In this document: piece by piece, positions 22,201 to 31,167 of the stretch
Numbering within the stretch: position 1 is the stretch's first letter
How the letters are laid out: the number at the start of each line of letters is the position of its first letter
From: Verrucomicrobiia bacterium
Lineage (GTDB): Bacteria; Verrucomicrobiota; Verrucomicrobiia; Limisphaerales; UBA1319
Assembly: GCA_963664225.1 (NCBI GenBank)
Contig: OY760937.1
Location: 1,632,001 to 1,696,000 of the forward strand
Reading direction: 5' to 3'
Length of the DNA stretch: 64,000 nt
Translations under genes and position numbers: made by a program
The notes under the pieces: model-generated
What the model was told of the DNA's origin: nothing
Databases searched by the model: none
What the model saw: the letters and a program-made list of their open reading frames with translations, nothing else

Positions 22201-24233
22201 CTGGTTGCGCTGGCTTGACGAATATTGCGATTCCAGACCAAGTCACCAGCATCGAACGCAAAACGTTCCTTGGCTGCAGCAACCTGACCGATGTGGCATT
22301 TGGCAAAGGCGTCACCAACATCGATGAACGGGCGTTTTACGGCTGTGCCAACCTCAAGAGTATCATTGTGCCAGCCAGTGTCGCCGGTATTGGAATCGAC
22401 GCTTTCAGCGGCTGTAACGCTCTGACGAGCATGTACTTTGAAGGCAATGCCCCGGGCAATACAGCCACCCTTTTTCAAAATTCCAACAATGTTAGATTGT
22501 ATTACCGCTTTGGCACGACGGGCTGGGGTGAATATTTCGCTGATCGGCCAACAGCACTTTGGAGTGATCCTGCCGCTCCCGATTTTGTATGTCAGCAACA
22601 TGGCACAACGATTCATATAATCGGCTACACAGGTTCCGCCGGGCTCGTCATCATTCCTGACACAATCTATGGCTTGGATGTCACCGATATTGAGAACGGT
22701 ATTTTCTCAGGGCATGGCAACCTCACCCATGTCACCATCCCCGGCAGCATCACGAACATTGGGTACCACGTCTTCATGGATTGCATCGGCCTGACGAATA
22801 TTACCATACCTGCGAATGTCGCCGCCTTGGGTGATTCAGTGTTCTCGGGTTGCACTGGTCTGACGAATATTACCCTACCTGCGAATGTCGCCACCTTGGG
22901 TGATTCAGCGTTCTCGGGCTGCACTGGTCTGACGAATATTACCCTACCTGCGAATGTCGCCGCCTTGGGTGATTCAGTGTTCTCGGGTTGCACTGGTCTG
23001 GCGAATATTACCATACCTGCTAATGTCGCCGCCTTGGGTGATTCAGCGTTCTCAGGTTGCACTGGTCTGACGAATATTACCCTACCTGCGAATGTCGCCA
23101 CCTTGGGTGATTCAGCGTTCTCGGGTTGCACTGGTCTGGCGAATATTACCATACCTGCGAATGTCGCCACCTTGGGTGATTCAGTGTTCTCGGGTTGTAC
23201 AAGTCTGACGAACGTTGACATCCCCAATCACCTTGTCGGCTTGGGGTCCTCAGTTTTCGCTGGCTGCACCAAACTTGCCAGCATCACGATTCCAGACGGC
23301 GTGACCGGCATTGGCAGCGCGGCCTTCGCTGATTGCACCAGCCTGGGATCTGTTGTCATACCCGACAGCGTCACCTATATTGGAAACGCAGCCTTCACTC
23401 GCTGCATCGGTTTGACGAATGTCACGCTTTCCGTGTCCGTTACTCTAATTGAAGACGATACGTTTTCAGATTGCGCAAACTTGTCTCACATCCGCATCCC
23501 CCAGGGAGTCACGAGTATCGGGAATATGGCGTTTTCAGGCTGCAGCAGTCTGACGAGCGTAATCGTCCCAAACACCGTCCTTGGCATCGGCAACTACGCC
23601 TTCAGGTACTGTGCCGGTTTGACCAACATCGCCATCTCCGAAAACTTGATCAGCATGGGTTGGGAAGCCTTGGCTTGGGACAACAGTTTGACCAGCGCGC
23701 TTTTTAAGGGAAATGCGACATCCATTTACCCTGCCGATCAGTTTAAGAATTCCCCCAACGTCACCATCTATTACCGCGCGGGCACTACAGGCTGGGGCTC
23801 CACCTTTGCCGGTCGCCCGACCGCCCTGTGGATCGAGCAACCCACTTATCAGGAGTGGGCCACGACGACCGGTTTGACGGCCAAATTCCCCGACGCCAGC
23901 GCGGAAACCGATGACGCCGACCGCGACGGCATGTCCAACCTGGCCGAAATGCACGCGGGCACAGACCCCATCGATCCGAATTCGAAACTGGCCTTTGAAA
24001 GTGTTCCCCGCCCCAACGACCTGGAGGAGGCCGACAAAACCGCCCTCGCTCCGGACCAACAGGCCCTGTTCTTCCAGACCGTCCCGGGCAAACAATACAT
24101 AGTCCAGAGCGTAAACACTTTCGGAGGAACCTGGCAGACCCAAACCAATTTGACGGCCTCAACCTCCCAAAAACGGGTTTTGCTTAATAAACCGGTCGAT
24201 CAGGCGTACTATCGCGTAGTTCTGGCACCATAG
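19251..24233 (+). CDS. Large BspA/TpLRR (LRR_5) surface protein with C-terminal DxDxDG segment
   Basis: Dozens of C..LT.I.IP..VT.IG..AF repeats in four capped modules, signal peptide, DADRDGMSNLAEMHAGTDP. Confidence 0.93.
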   Translation: MPIMNRIPIFVRQILTRPGSLSIIRRPSIARWSLIPILLCFLGALSAPRAATFGDFNYLSNDTSVMITQYIGPGGNVIIPDTIEGKPIAVIGNVAFSGCTNLTGITIPNGVNEIGIKAFFGCKALTELTIPNSVAIIGSSSFINCSSLTNITLPNTLTSISALSFSGCLKLPFIAIPDSVTNIGDNAFSGCASLTSVTIPAGVSKIGYQAFLGCNNLVAFTVNPLNVAYTSVDGVLFDKNQTSLIQCPTVKTGDYTPPNSVTSVGDYAFADCIGLTNIALPSAVTNIGNFAFARCANLTSAPITAGLTVIGAGTFSDCVRFSNIELPAKILKILDGAFSGCAAVTNITIGAGTTRIGAMAFFGCNNLMAFTVDPLNKAFCSLDGALFSKNENLLIQCPATRIGNYMIPNSVKIIQDTAFFGCSRLTAITVDDLNTAFYSRDGVLFDKGLKSLVACPAGKTGTYSIDNSIYRISSFAFSGCSRLTNIIFPSRISTVFSNAFIDCTGLTSINLPYNCSAVTPYMFSGCTGLESVIIPSHVGGVFATAFNNCTNLSDLYFQGNKPTFVTEGTNNTLFDGALHATVYYRAGTTGWDTSFGGWPAAIWLDPQASDFGWNQTGPAVTITNYSGSGGNAAIPATIFGYAVTSIGDSAFAGQTNLASLTIPNGVTNIGASSFAGCTSLTNVIVPGSMTTISVTAFDGCNGLTSVSFDGNAPTVTGNGDLFANSPNATVYYTTGSTGWSDTFGGRPTAPLSYPDTHYFIYASNHSGLTITGYNGSGGNVIIPSAISGYSVTGIGDYAFAGQTNLASITIPNGVTTIGDYAFKGCVGLTSVAIPDSITSMGGGVFSGCYGLTSALLPGKLGNIGFETFFNCTNLTNARIDPGVTNIGNSAFFYCANLTNITIPSSVTTIGSYAFSGCAALPSVTLFNGVTNIGNWVFSGDIGLTNITIPESVTDIGLYAFQGCTNLAGVAIPAGVSILREGAFTGCAGLTNIAIPDQVTSIERKTFLGCSNLTDVAFGKGVTNIDERAFYGCANLKSIIVPASVAGIGIDAFSGCNALTSMYFEGNAPGNTATLFQNSNNVRLYYRFGTTGWGEYFADRPTALWSDPAAPDFVCQQHGTTIHIIGYTGSAGLVIIPDTIYGLDVTDIENGIFSGHGNLTHVTIPGSITNIGYHVFMDCIGLTNITIPANVAALGDSVFSGCTGLTNITLPANVATLGDSAFSGCTGLTNITLPANVAALGDSVFSGCTGLANITIPANVAALGDSAFSGCTGLTNITLPANVATLGDSAFSGCTGLANITIPANVATLGDSVFSGCTSLTNVDIPNHLVGLGSSVFAGCTKLASITIPDGVTGIGSAAFADCTSLGSVVIPDSVTYIGNAAFTRCIGLTNVTLSVSVTLIEDDTFSDCANLSHIRIPQGVTSIGNMAFSGCSSLTSVIVPNTVLGIGNYAFRYCAGLTNIAISENLISMGWEALAWDNSLTSALFKGNATSIYPADQFKNSPNVTIYYRAGTTGWGSTFAGRPTALWIEQPTYQEWATTTGLTAKFPDASAETDDADRDGMSNLAEMHAGTDPIDPNSKLAFESVPRPNDLEEADKTALAPDQQALFFQTVPGKQYIVQSVNTFGGTWQTQTNLTASTSQKRVLLNKPVDQAYYRVVLAP
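22782..23195 (+). repeat. Six near-identical 69-bp tandem repeats (one LRR unit each)
   Basis: Units start at 22782, 22851, 22920, 22989, 23058, 23127. Confidence 0.9.
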
Positions 24234-24243
24234 CGGGAAAACC

Positions 24244-25293
24244 ATGGAACAAGCGGCTTTTTGCAAAAAGCGGACACGTCATGGATGGCAAAAAGCCGGG
24301 TGTTTCGGCATGCCTTGCGCCCCAAACAAAAACATTGCAACCCGGTATGGAAGGCGTATATTTAGGCCAACTCCTACGGTTATGTGCTTGTCAGTGTCCA
24401 AAACGGCTTTAGAAGAGGCTTGTGACCTCAATGGACGAACTGTAGGCGCTCGCTTCGAACCTCTGGATCGCCTGATCTCTGCAAAAACGACCCCATATTC
24501 AGACGTTCGTTCACCGCAAATTATTCAGCGACTGGGTTTTACATTGATCGAAATGCTGGTCGTCATTGCCATCATCTCCATCCTGGCAACCTTGCTCCTT
24601 CCGACTTTGAGCCGCGCCAGGGACGGTGCACACATCGTCCATTGCAAAAATAACCAACGTCAGTTGGTCATGGCCATGTTCATGTATTCGGAAGATAACG
24701 ACGATTGGCTTCCGTTGCCCGGCTATTGCCACAATCATCCGGCCAATTGGGTCTATCGCGAACTCGATGCCAACAGAAACGTCCTGACCAATGGCAGACC
24801 GCTTCATGCCGAGTCCGGCTCGATATTCTCCTATGTCACCAGCCAGAAGCGCGTCCTGCCGTTCGATCGCAATAACAAATCGAGCTATCCCATTTACCGC
24901 TGCCCGGATACAGGCACCTACGGAGAAGCCACCCGTGTGACGTATAGCATGAATGTTTTCATTCAAAGCGATACCGCCAAACACGATCCCGATGCGGAAC
25001 CCGCCAGCACCGCCCGCAGTGCCGTCGCCAACCCGGATCAGAAGGTTCTGCTCGTGGACGACGATCCCAAGGGAGTGGTTCTTGGAACCTTCATTGCCGT
25101 CAATTTCAAGCCGGCCATCCAGGGAAAACTCGATACCTATCACGACCGTCCATTTGAATTCCCCCATAACGATCGCGGCAATATCTCATTCATGGATGGC
25201 CATATCGCCACCATTAAAATCGACAACTTTCAGCAAATGGTCGGACCGTGGAATATCAGGGTCAAAACCTACTTCGACCCCCCGTTTCGTTGA
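24244..25293 (+). CDS. Prepilin-type N-terminal cleavage/methylation protein with H-X9-DG motif
   Basis: GFTLIEMLVVIAIISILATLLLP..SRAR...C.NNQRQL and HNDRGNISFMDGH. The true start is probably downstream of 24244. Confidence 0.85.
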   Translation: MEQAAFCKKRTRHGWQKAGCFGMPCAPNKNIATRYGRRIFRPTPTVMCLSVSKTALEEACDLNGRTVGARFEPLDRLISAKTTPYSDVRSPQIIQRLGFTLIEMLVVIAIISILATLLLPTLSRARDGAHIVHCKNNQRQLVMAMFMYSEDNDDWLPLPGYCHNHPANWVYRELDANRNVLTNGRPLHAESGSIFSYVTSQKRVLPFDRNNKSSYPIYRCPDTGTYGEATRVTYSMNVFIQSDTAKHDPDAEPASTARSAVANPDQKVLLVDDDPKGVVLGTFIAVNFKPAIQGKLDTYHDRPFEFPHNDRGNISFMDGHIATIKIDNFQQMVGPWNIRVKTYFDPPFR

Positions 25294-25393
25294 AACTTGC
25301 CTCGGTCCACGCGACCGGGCGGCTTGATCCGCGCTTTAAAAATTCAACGTAAGGGAATGACGTTCAAAGCATTCCCTTTTTTTCTGCGGTTAA

Positions 25394-27368
25394 GTAGAGT
25401 AGGCGAAATGGACGGATTGAATGGCCGTGGCCAATGACCGTCGCATTTCGCCCCTCATCGAACCGGACAGGCGGTTTTCCCGCATCCGGCTCTCCGGGGA
25501 TCATACGTTGCATCGCTTCGACGTCATCGTTTCCATGCCGCATATTCCGGCATTTGGTATAAACCATAACGCTCATAGAGATCCTCCTTGGGGTATGTGG
25601 ACCATTGCGCCCGACTACATCCGTGTTTGCGCCACAACCATCGTTGTAACTTGCTGCTGACGTATTCGTTCATCTGGCCCATCACCTTGGTGCTGTTCCC
25701 GTAGTGAAAGTAACCCTTCCAACCTTTGAGTTTCTTGTTGAGCTCGGGAATCACCTCTCCGATATCACGCCATAGCGTGCTTCGGTTGAGTTTCTCCCGA
25801 ATCCCGTCTCGAAACTTCTTCTGGCTCTTGGGATGGGGTTCCACATGCGGATATTTCCATTTCCCCTTCCCCTGTCGCATTGTTAGCGCGAATCCCAAGA
25901 ATTTGATGCCATCCTGGCGGAGGTCCACCAAGCGGGTCTTCTTCTCGTTGAGCACTAACTCGCGTTGCTTCAGCCATCGTTCCAGTCGTTCCATCAGTTC
26001 CCGTCCCTGCCCCGGCTGTCCGAGTATCACGAAATCATCCGCGTATCTCACCATCACGGGTTTGAGTTCGCAGCGTTCGTTGACTTCCCAATCCAACTGG
26101 TTGAGGTATGCATTGGCTAAAATCGGCGATACAACCCCGCCTTGCGGAGTCCCCCGTCGATTCTGACCTTGCCCCCCCTTTGTCCCGCCTTTCCCTGTGT
26201 CGCTTTGCGGTTCATTCACGGGCGCGCGCAGCCATCCTGCGATCAGCTTGAGAATTGTTCCATCGCTGACCCGCTTGGCCACTATGCGCAACAAACGCCT
26301 GTGGGGAATGCTGTCAAAATACCCGCTTAAGTCCGCGTCTATAACTTCGACGCGTCCTGTCAGCGTAGCCTTCTTGATCGCCTCCATTGCTTGGTGGGCA
26401 TTGCGTTTGGGATGATAGGCGTAACTGTTCGGATGACTATCGGCTTCCAGAATCGGCAGCAATACAATCACCACCGCTGTCTGCACCACCCGGTCTTTCA
26501 CTGTCGGGATGCCCAGGGGTCGCAGCTTCCCGTCTCCTTTTGGTATATACACACGCTTCACCGGGCTTGGCCGATACTTCTTCGTGCGTAACTCCTCCAG
26601 CAGTTGGTTCCGCCATTGGTCCCAGGCTTCGTCGCTGGCAAGATAGACGTCGCATGTCTGCCCGTCGATCCCAGCCGCGCCATTGTTGTGCGCCACGGAG
26701 GCCATTGCCGTTTCCAGCACGTCCTTCCGCAGCAGTTCTCCGTAGAGGCTGTAAAACCGATACTTCGGCTCAGCCTTGGCTTTGCAATATAGCGCTCGCT
26801 GCAGCTTTTGAACTTTTATCGGGGTTGTTATCCGTTGAAAAAGTGTTTCCACTCCCTCAAGGCCATCTCCCTGTCCCTCGCTGTTTTGATTCGCTTCGAT
26901 CCAAGTGCCTTCCCTTGGCTCCGCCGGGGTTTTGGTCGCCCCAGCTTCTTCGCTACTATGGAAGACTCCGACTTCTCTGGCTGCCCGTGCGGCCTCGGAG
27001 GGTGTTCCTCCTTGCACCGGCGGTTGAGGCTTTATCGCCCCGCCTCCAGAGATCTCCCAGCTTACCTTGGTTTCCCTTCCTGTCGTGTCGCCCTCGCTGA
27101 CTCCGCCGGAATCAACAGCGCCCATTTGACGATTTGATGACGCCGCGTTTCTGCCTTCGCCGTTCGGGTAGCGGCTCGGCTTACCGGTTATTTCGGTTTC
27201 GGAGCTCATTTGATGAGGTTTACTTTCGTTACGACCCGACAGTTCTTTCAGCGTCCCGCTTGTGGTTCGGCCTCACGGCCTCGTCCCGGACGCTGCATTT
27301 CGGTCGTGAACCGTCTAATTCGACCGGCGGGACTTTCACCCACGAGGCTACCAATTTCACTGGCGCAC
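25394..27368 (-). mobile_element. Group II intron 1 (complete, 1975 nt)
   Basis: 5' GTGCG at 27368; domain V GAGCCGGATGCGGGAAAACCGCCTGTCCGGTTCG; 3' end CTACTCTAC at 25394; EBS1 ACCCGA (27164-27169) complementary to the 5' exon end TCGGGT. Confidence 0.92.
25524..26852 (-). CDS. ltrA: Group II intron reverse transcriptase/maturase, no HNH domain
   Basis: [43 protein letters not shown], domain X. The frame is open to 27209; start placed at GTG 26852 (uncertain). Confidence 0.93.
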   Translation of the reverse strand: METLFQRITTPIKVQKLQRALYCKAKAEPKYRFYSLYGELLRKDVLETAMASVAHNNGAAGIDGQTCDVYLASDEAWDQWRNQLLEELRTKKYRPSPVKRVYIPKGDGKLRPLGIPTVKDRVVQTAVVIVLLPILEADSHPNSYAYHPKRNAHQAMEAIKKATLTGRVEVIDADLSGYFDSIPHRRLLRIVAKRVSDGTILKLIAGWLRAPVNEPQSDTGKGGTKGGQGQNRRGTPQGGVVSPILANAYLNQLDWEVNERCELKPVMVRYADDFVILGQPGQGRELMERLERWLKQRELVLNEKKTRLVDLRQDGIKFLGFALTMRQGKGKWKYPHVEPHPKSQKKFRDGIREKLNRSTLWRDIGEVIPELNKKLKGWKGYFHYGNSTKVMGQMNEYVSSKLQRWLWRKHGCSRAQWSTYPKEDLYERYGLYQMPEYAAWKR

Positions 27369-27532
27369 ACCCGAAATCCGAAATAAGAATGGTCAAGATG
27401 ATACAATGCTTTGAGACAGCCATGATTTGCAATCGGCGAAGGTGTATTAAATCAATACTCCACAGCCGGTTTTAAACCATGGATGGCCAAATGATTGCGT
27501 CAGATGGGCCGTTCCTATTTCGGATTTCGGGT
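27369..27532. repeat. Element bounded by perfect 17-bp inverted repeats; left arm is the target of intron 1
   Basis: ACCCGAAATCCGAAATA at 27369-27385 and TATTTCGGATTTCGGGT at 27516-27532. Confidence 0.8.
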
Positions 27533-27578
27533 TAAATCCAATCCAATTAGTGATCAGCGGTTTTGTTCCTTCATTCGC

Positions 27579-28370
27579 AAAACCCACGCGGTGGCCACCT
27601 CCCAAACCATCCAATCGCTCCAGAACCGTCCAATACTCCTCCCTCTCCATCGCCAGATGGAGAAGGGCGGGACGAGAATTCCCCGAACCGAAAAGATCGC
27701 GCATTGAACCCCTGAACCAGGTATTTATGCATGTTGCTTGTAATGGAAGACATCGCACTTTTGGGTTCATGGGTAGGGCGTGCGTCAATAAGTTTTCCAT
27801 TTCGCATATTTCGTGGTTAATTTCCTTTTTTCTTTTCTTGTCAATCATCCATTCTCCACTCGCCAACCCCACGCGGCGGCACCTCCAAACCACCCACTTG
27901 GTCATATGTCAATTGTCCCCTCGCCAACACGGTGCGGCCGTATCCTCCAAACCGTGCAAAAAAACCAGGACTCGCAATACTCCTCCCTCTCCGCTTTGGG
28001 GAGAGGGACGGGGTGAGGTGGCTTTTCGTATCCCATCATTCGCATCCAGGGTGTTCGTTTTTTCGATGCCTCAATTGTCCATTTTCTCCCTCATCCGTGC
28101 CATCCGTGATAACAGTGGTTAAAAATCCTGCTCATCCTGCTTATCCATGTTGATATTTCTTCACCCACTTCTTTCCATGTAACTTGTAATGAAAGACATC
28201 CCACTTTGGGTTCATGGGGAGGGCGGTCGTCCTTTCGTATCTGACTTTTGCCAGACCCTCAATCGGCGCCCGGCCATTCCCGAAACTCTTGCTATCTTTG
28301 TTTCGTATATACTCACATGCCTGTTTTAAGGACTTTTTCGCTTGCCGAAGGTTTTTGTCATGCACCCAAA
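27579..28370. repeat. Mosaic of REP-like repeats, homologous to 42475-42981
   Basis: Shared blocks include CGCGCATTGAACCCCTGAACC..TATTTATGCATGTTGCTTGTAA and ATCCGTGCCATCCGTGAT...TTCACCCACTTCTTTCCATGTAACTTG. Confidence 0.75.
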
Positions 28371-28429
28371 ATGTCCTTCGCCTCGGAATATTGATTGCCA
28401 GTTTCGCCAAATCGTTCCAACCTTGCTGA

Positions 28430-29299
28430 ATGCGAACAGTGACTTCGACGTCGGCCATGCAAAAACTGGCCTTGGGTTGGAAACGCGCGGGACGCCGCAT
28501 CGGCTTTGTGCCGACCATGGGTTATTTGCACGCCGGTCACATCAGCCTCGTGGAAAAAGCCCGCCAGAAGGTGGGCCCGGATGGGATCGTCGTCGTAAGC
28601 ATTTACGTCAATCCCACCCAATTCTCCCCGCAGGAGGACCTGGCCAAGTACCCCCGGGACCTGGCGCGCGACCAAAAACTCTGCCGTGCCGCCGGAACGG
28701 ACCTCATTTTCGCTCCCGCCAATGACCAGATGTATCCACCGGTTGGTCGGGTGCCCTACAGCACCTATGTGGCCGAGGAATTCTTATCCCAGGTCATGGA
28801 AGGCAAGGCCCGTCCGGTGCATTTCCGGGGAGTAACCACGGTCGTGGCCAAACTATTCAACATCGTCCTGCCGGATGTGGCCGTCTTTGGGGCCAAGGAT
28901 TATCAACAGGCGGCCATTATTACGAAAATGGTCCGCGACCTGAATTTCCCCATCCAGATCATCGTCGCCCCCACCTTGCGGGAACCCGACGGTCTGGCCA
29001 TGAGTTCGCGCAATAAATACCTGTCCCCGTCCGAAAGATCCCAGGCCCTTTCCCTGTCCCAGGCCTTGCAACAGGCCCGCGCCGCAGTCCTTAAATCCCC
29101 GGCTGGCATTCCTGTGGAGCGCCTTCGAAAGCATCTGCTTGCCGATTTCGCCAGACACCCCGCCGCCCGCGTCGATTACATCGAATTCTTCGATCCCGAA
29201 ACCCTGCAACCCGCCCGCAGCATCCGAAAAGGTGTTCACATGGCCATGGCGGTGTATATTGGCAAAACGCGCCTGATCGACAACGGCACACTCGCCTGA
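28430..29299 (+). CDS. panC: Pantoate-beta-alanine ligase
   Basis: FVPTMGYLHAGH, SIYVNPTQF, FGAKDYQQ, DGLAMSSRN, RLIDN. Confidence 0.97.
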   Translation: MRTVTSTSAMQKLALGWKRAGRRIGFVPTMGYLHAGHISLVEKARQKVGPDGIVVVSIYVNPTQFSPQEDLAKYPRDLARDQKLCRAAGTDLIFAPANDQMYPPVGRVPYSTYVAEEFLSQVMEGKARPVHFRGVTTVVAKLFNIVLPDVAVFGAKDYQQAAIITKMVRDLNFPIQIIVAPTLREPDGLAMSSRNKYLSPSERSQALSLSQALQQARAAVLKSPAGIPVERLRKHLLADFARHPAARVDYIEFFDPETLQPARSIRKGVHMAMAVYIGKTRLIDNGTLA

Positions 29300-29311
29300 C
29301 AAAGCAACATT

Positions 29312-30928
29312 ATGGAAAACAACACAAAGAAATATGATTTTGTGGTCGTTGGCAGCGGTATTGCCGGGTTGATCTACGCCATCAATGTCTCCAGCCATGG
29401 CCGGGTGGCCATCGTCACCAAAAAGCAAAAGGCCGAATCCAACACCAACTACGCCCAGGGCGGCATCGCCTCCGTCACCGCCAGCGACGACTCCTTCGAA
29501 ATGCACGTCCGTGACACGCTCACGGCTGGCGCGGGTCTCTGCAAGGAGGCAACCGTTCGCACCATTGTCGAGGAAGGCCCGGCGCGCATCGCCGAACTCA
29601 TCGAATTGGGCATGAAGTTCACGGAGCGCGAAGTCGCCAGCAACGGCGTTACGGAACTGGACCTGGGCCGCGAAGGCGGCCATTCCCGCCGCCGCATCCT
29701 CCACGCCAGGGACATGACCGGCCGCGCCGTGGAAACCGCCCTTCTCGCCGCCGCCGCCGCCCGCCCGAGCATCGAGATTTTCGAGGAACATTGCGCCATC
29801 GACCTGATCACCTCCCAAAAACTGGGCCACTTCGGTCCGAACCGGTGCCTGGGACTTTACGTTCTCGACGTGAACAACAACAAGGTGGAAACCTTTTCCA
29901 CGCCCGTCGTGGTTCTGGCCACCGGCGGTTGTGGCAAAGTCTATCTCTACACCACAAACCCCGACATCGCCGCCGGGGATGGCGTGGCCATGGCCTACCG
30001 CGCGGGCGCGCCCGTGGCAAACATGGAATTCATCCAATTCCATCCCACCTGCCTCTACCATCCGCGGGCCAAGTCCTTTCTCATCAGCGAGGCCGTCCGC
30101 GGCGAAGGCGCCATTCTCAAGACTTTTTCCGGTCAGGAATTCATGGACGCCGTTCACCCGTTAAAATCCCTGGCCCCGCGCGATATCGTGGCCCGGGCCA
30201 TCGACACGGAAATGAAGCGCAGCGGCTCAGACCATGTCTATCTCGACATCACGCACAAGCCCGCCCGGTTCATCATGGATCGCTTCCCGAATATCTATGA
30301 GACCTGCATGAAATACGGCATCGACATGACCAAGGAAATGATCCCGGTCGTGCCCGCCGCCCATTACCAGTCCGGCGGCGTCGTCACCAACGTCGATGGG
30401 GAAACCGATATCGTCGGCCTTTACGCCGTGGGCGAAGTCGCCTGCACCGGCCTCCATGGGGCCAATCGTCTCGCCAGCAACTCCCTGCTCGAGGCCCTCG
30501 TTTGCGCGCATCGCGCCTCGGTAAAAGCCGTCGCGGCCGCCTTGCCGCCCGTGGATGTCGCCCTGCCCCCGTGGCAGTCCGGCAGCGCCCACAACCCGGA
30601 TGAACTCGTCGTGGTATCCCATAACTGGGACGAAATCCGCCGCCTTATGTGGGACTACGTCGGCATCGTTCGCACCAACAAACGGCTGCAGCGGGCCCAC
30701 AAACGCATCGAAAACATCCTCGCGGAAATCCAGGAATACTACTGGGACTTCACCGTCACCCGCGATCTGCTCGAATTGCGCAACATCGCCACCGTGGCCG
30801 ACCTCATCATCACCTCCGCCTCCATGCGCCCGGAAAGCCGCGGCCTGCATTACAACCTCGACTATCCCAACCAGAATCCCGAATGGGCCCAACGCGACAC
30901 AATCATCCGCAAGCCCCCGCCGCGCTGA
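29312..30928 (+). CDS. nadB: L-aspartate oxidase
   Basis: GSGIAG, SNTNYAQGGI, REGGHSRRRILH, QFHPT, GLHGANRLASNSLLE, ESRGLHY. Confidence 0.97.
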   Translation: MENNTKKYDFVVVGSGIAGLIYAINVSSHGRVAIVTKKQKAESNTNYAQGGIASVTASDDSFEMHVRDTLTAGAGLCKEATVRTIVEEGPARIAELIELGMKFTEREVASNGVTELDLGREGGHSRRRILHARDMTGRAVETALLAAAAARPSIEIFEEHCAIDLITSQKLGHFGPNRCLGLYVLDVNNNKVETFSTPVVVLATGGCGKVYLYTTNPDIAAGDGVAMAYRAGAPVANMEFIQFHPTCLYHPRAKSFLISEAVRGEGAILKTFSGQEFMDAVHPLKSLAPRDIVARAIDTEMKRSGSDHVYLDITHKPARFIMDRFPNIYETCMKYGIDMTKEMIPVVPAAHYQSGGVVTNVDGETDIVGLYAVGEVACTGLHGANRLASNSLLEALVCAHRASVKAVAAALPPVDVALPPWQSGSAHNPDELVVVSHNWDEIRRLMWDYVGIVRTNKRLQRAHKRIENILAEIQEYYWDFTVTRDLLELRNIATVADLIITSASMRPESRGLHYNLDYPNQNPEWAQRDTIIRKPPPR

Positions 30929-31035
30929 GCCATCCCATGGACGCATGCTGAAGCTCAGACCTTGGTTCAACTCTGAATCCATTGACTATGAATGACTGCC
31001 TGAACCAAACCGATCACACAGTTTTCTTTACAAAA

Positions 31036-31167
31036 CCTGTTTCGGTAATCCTGTCATCCTGCCATCCTGTCAAAAAATCATCCTTACCGCACATGCTCCG
31101 CCCTGTTTCGGTCATCCTGCCATCCTGTCATCCTGTCAAAAAATCATCCTTGCCGCACTTCCTCCGC
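31036..31167 (+). repeat. Two 66-bp tandem copies with internal ATCCTG(T/C)C periodicity
   Basis: CCTGTTTCGGT.ATCCTG.CATCCTG.CATCCTGTCAAAAAATCATCCTT.CCGCAC at 31036 and 31102. Confidence 0.8.

Noticed and set aside
26853..27209. 119-codon N-terminal extension of the intron 1 RT
   Set aside because: It overlaps ribozyme domains including EBS1 and has no counterpart in the intron 2 RT; probably an incidental open frame.
27447..28518. Short ORFs within the repeat mosaic
   Set aside because: They translate repeat blocks (ALPMNP, WFRGSMR) that recur at 42.5-43 kb; no protein-family signal.
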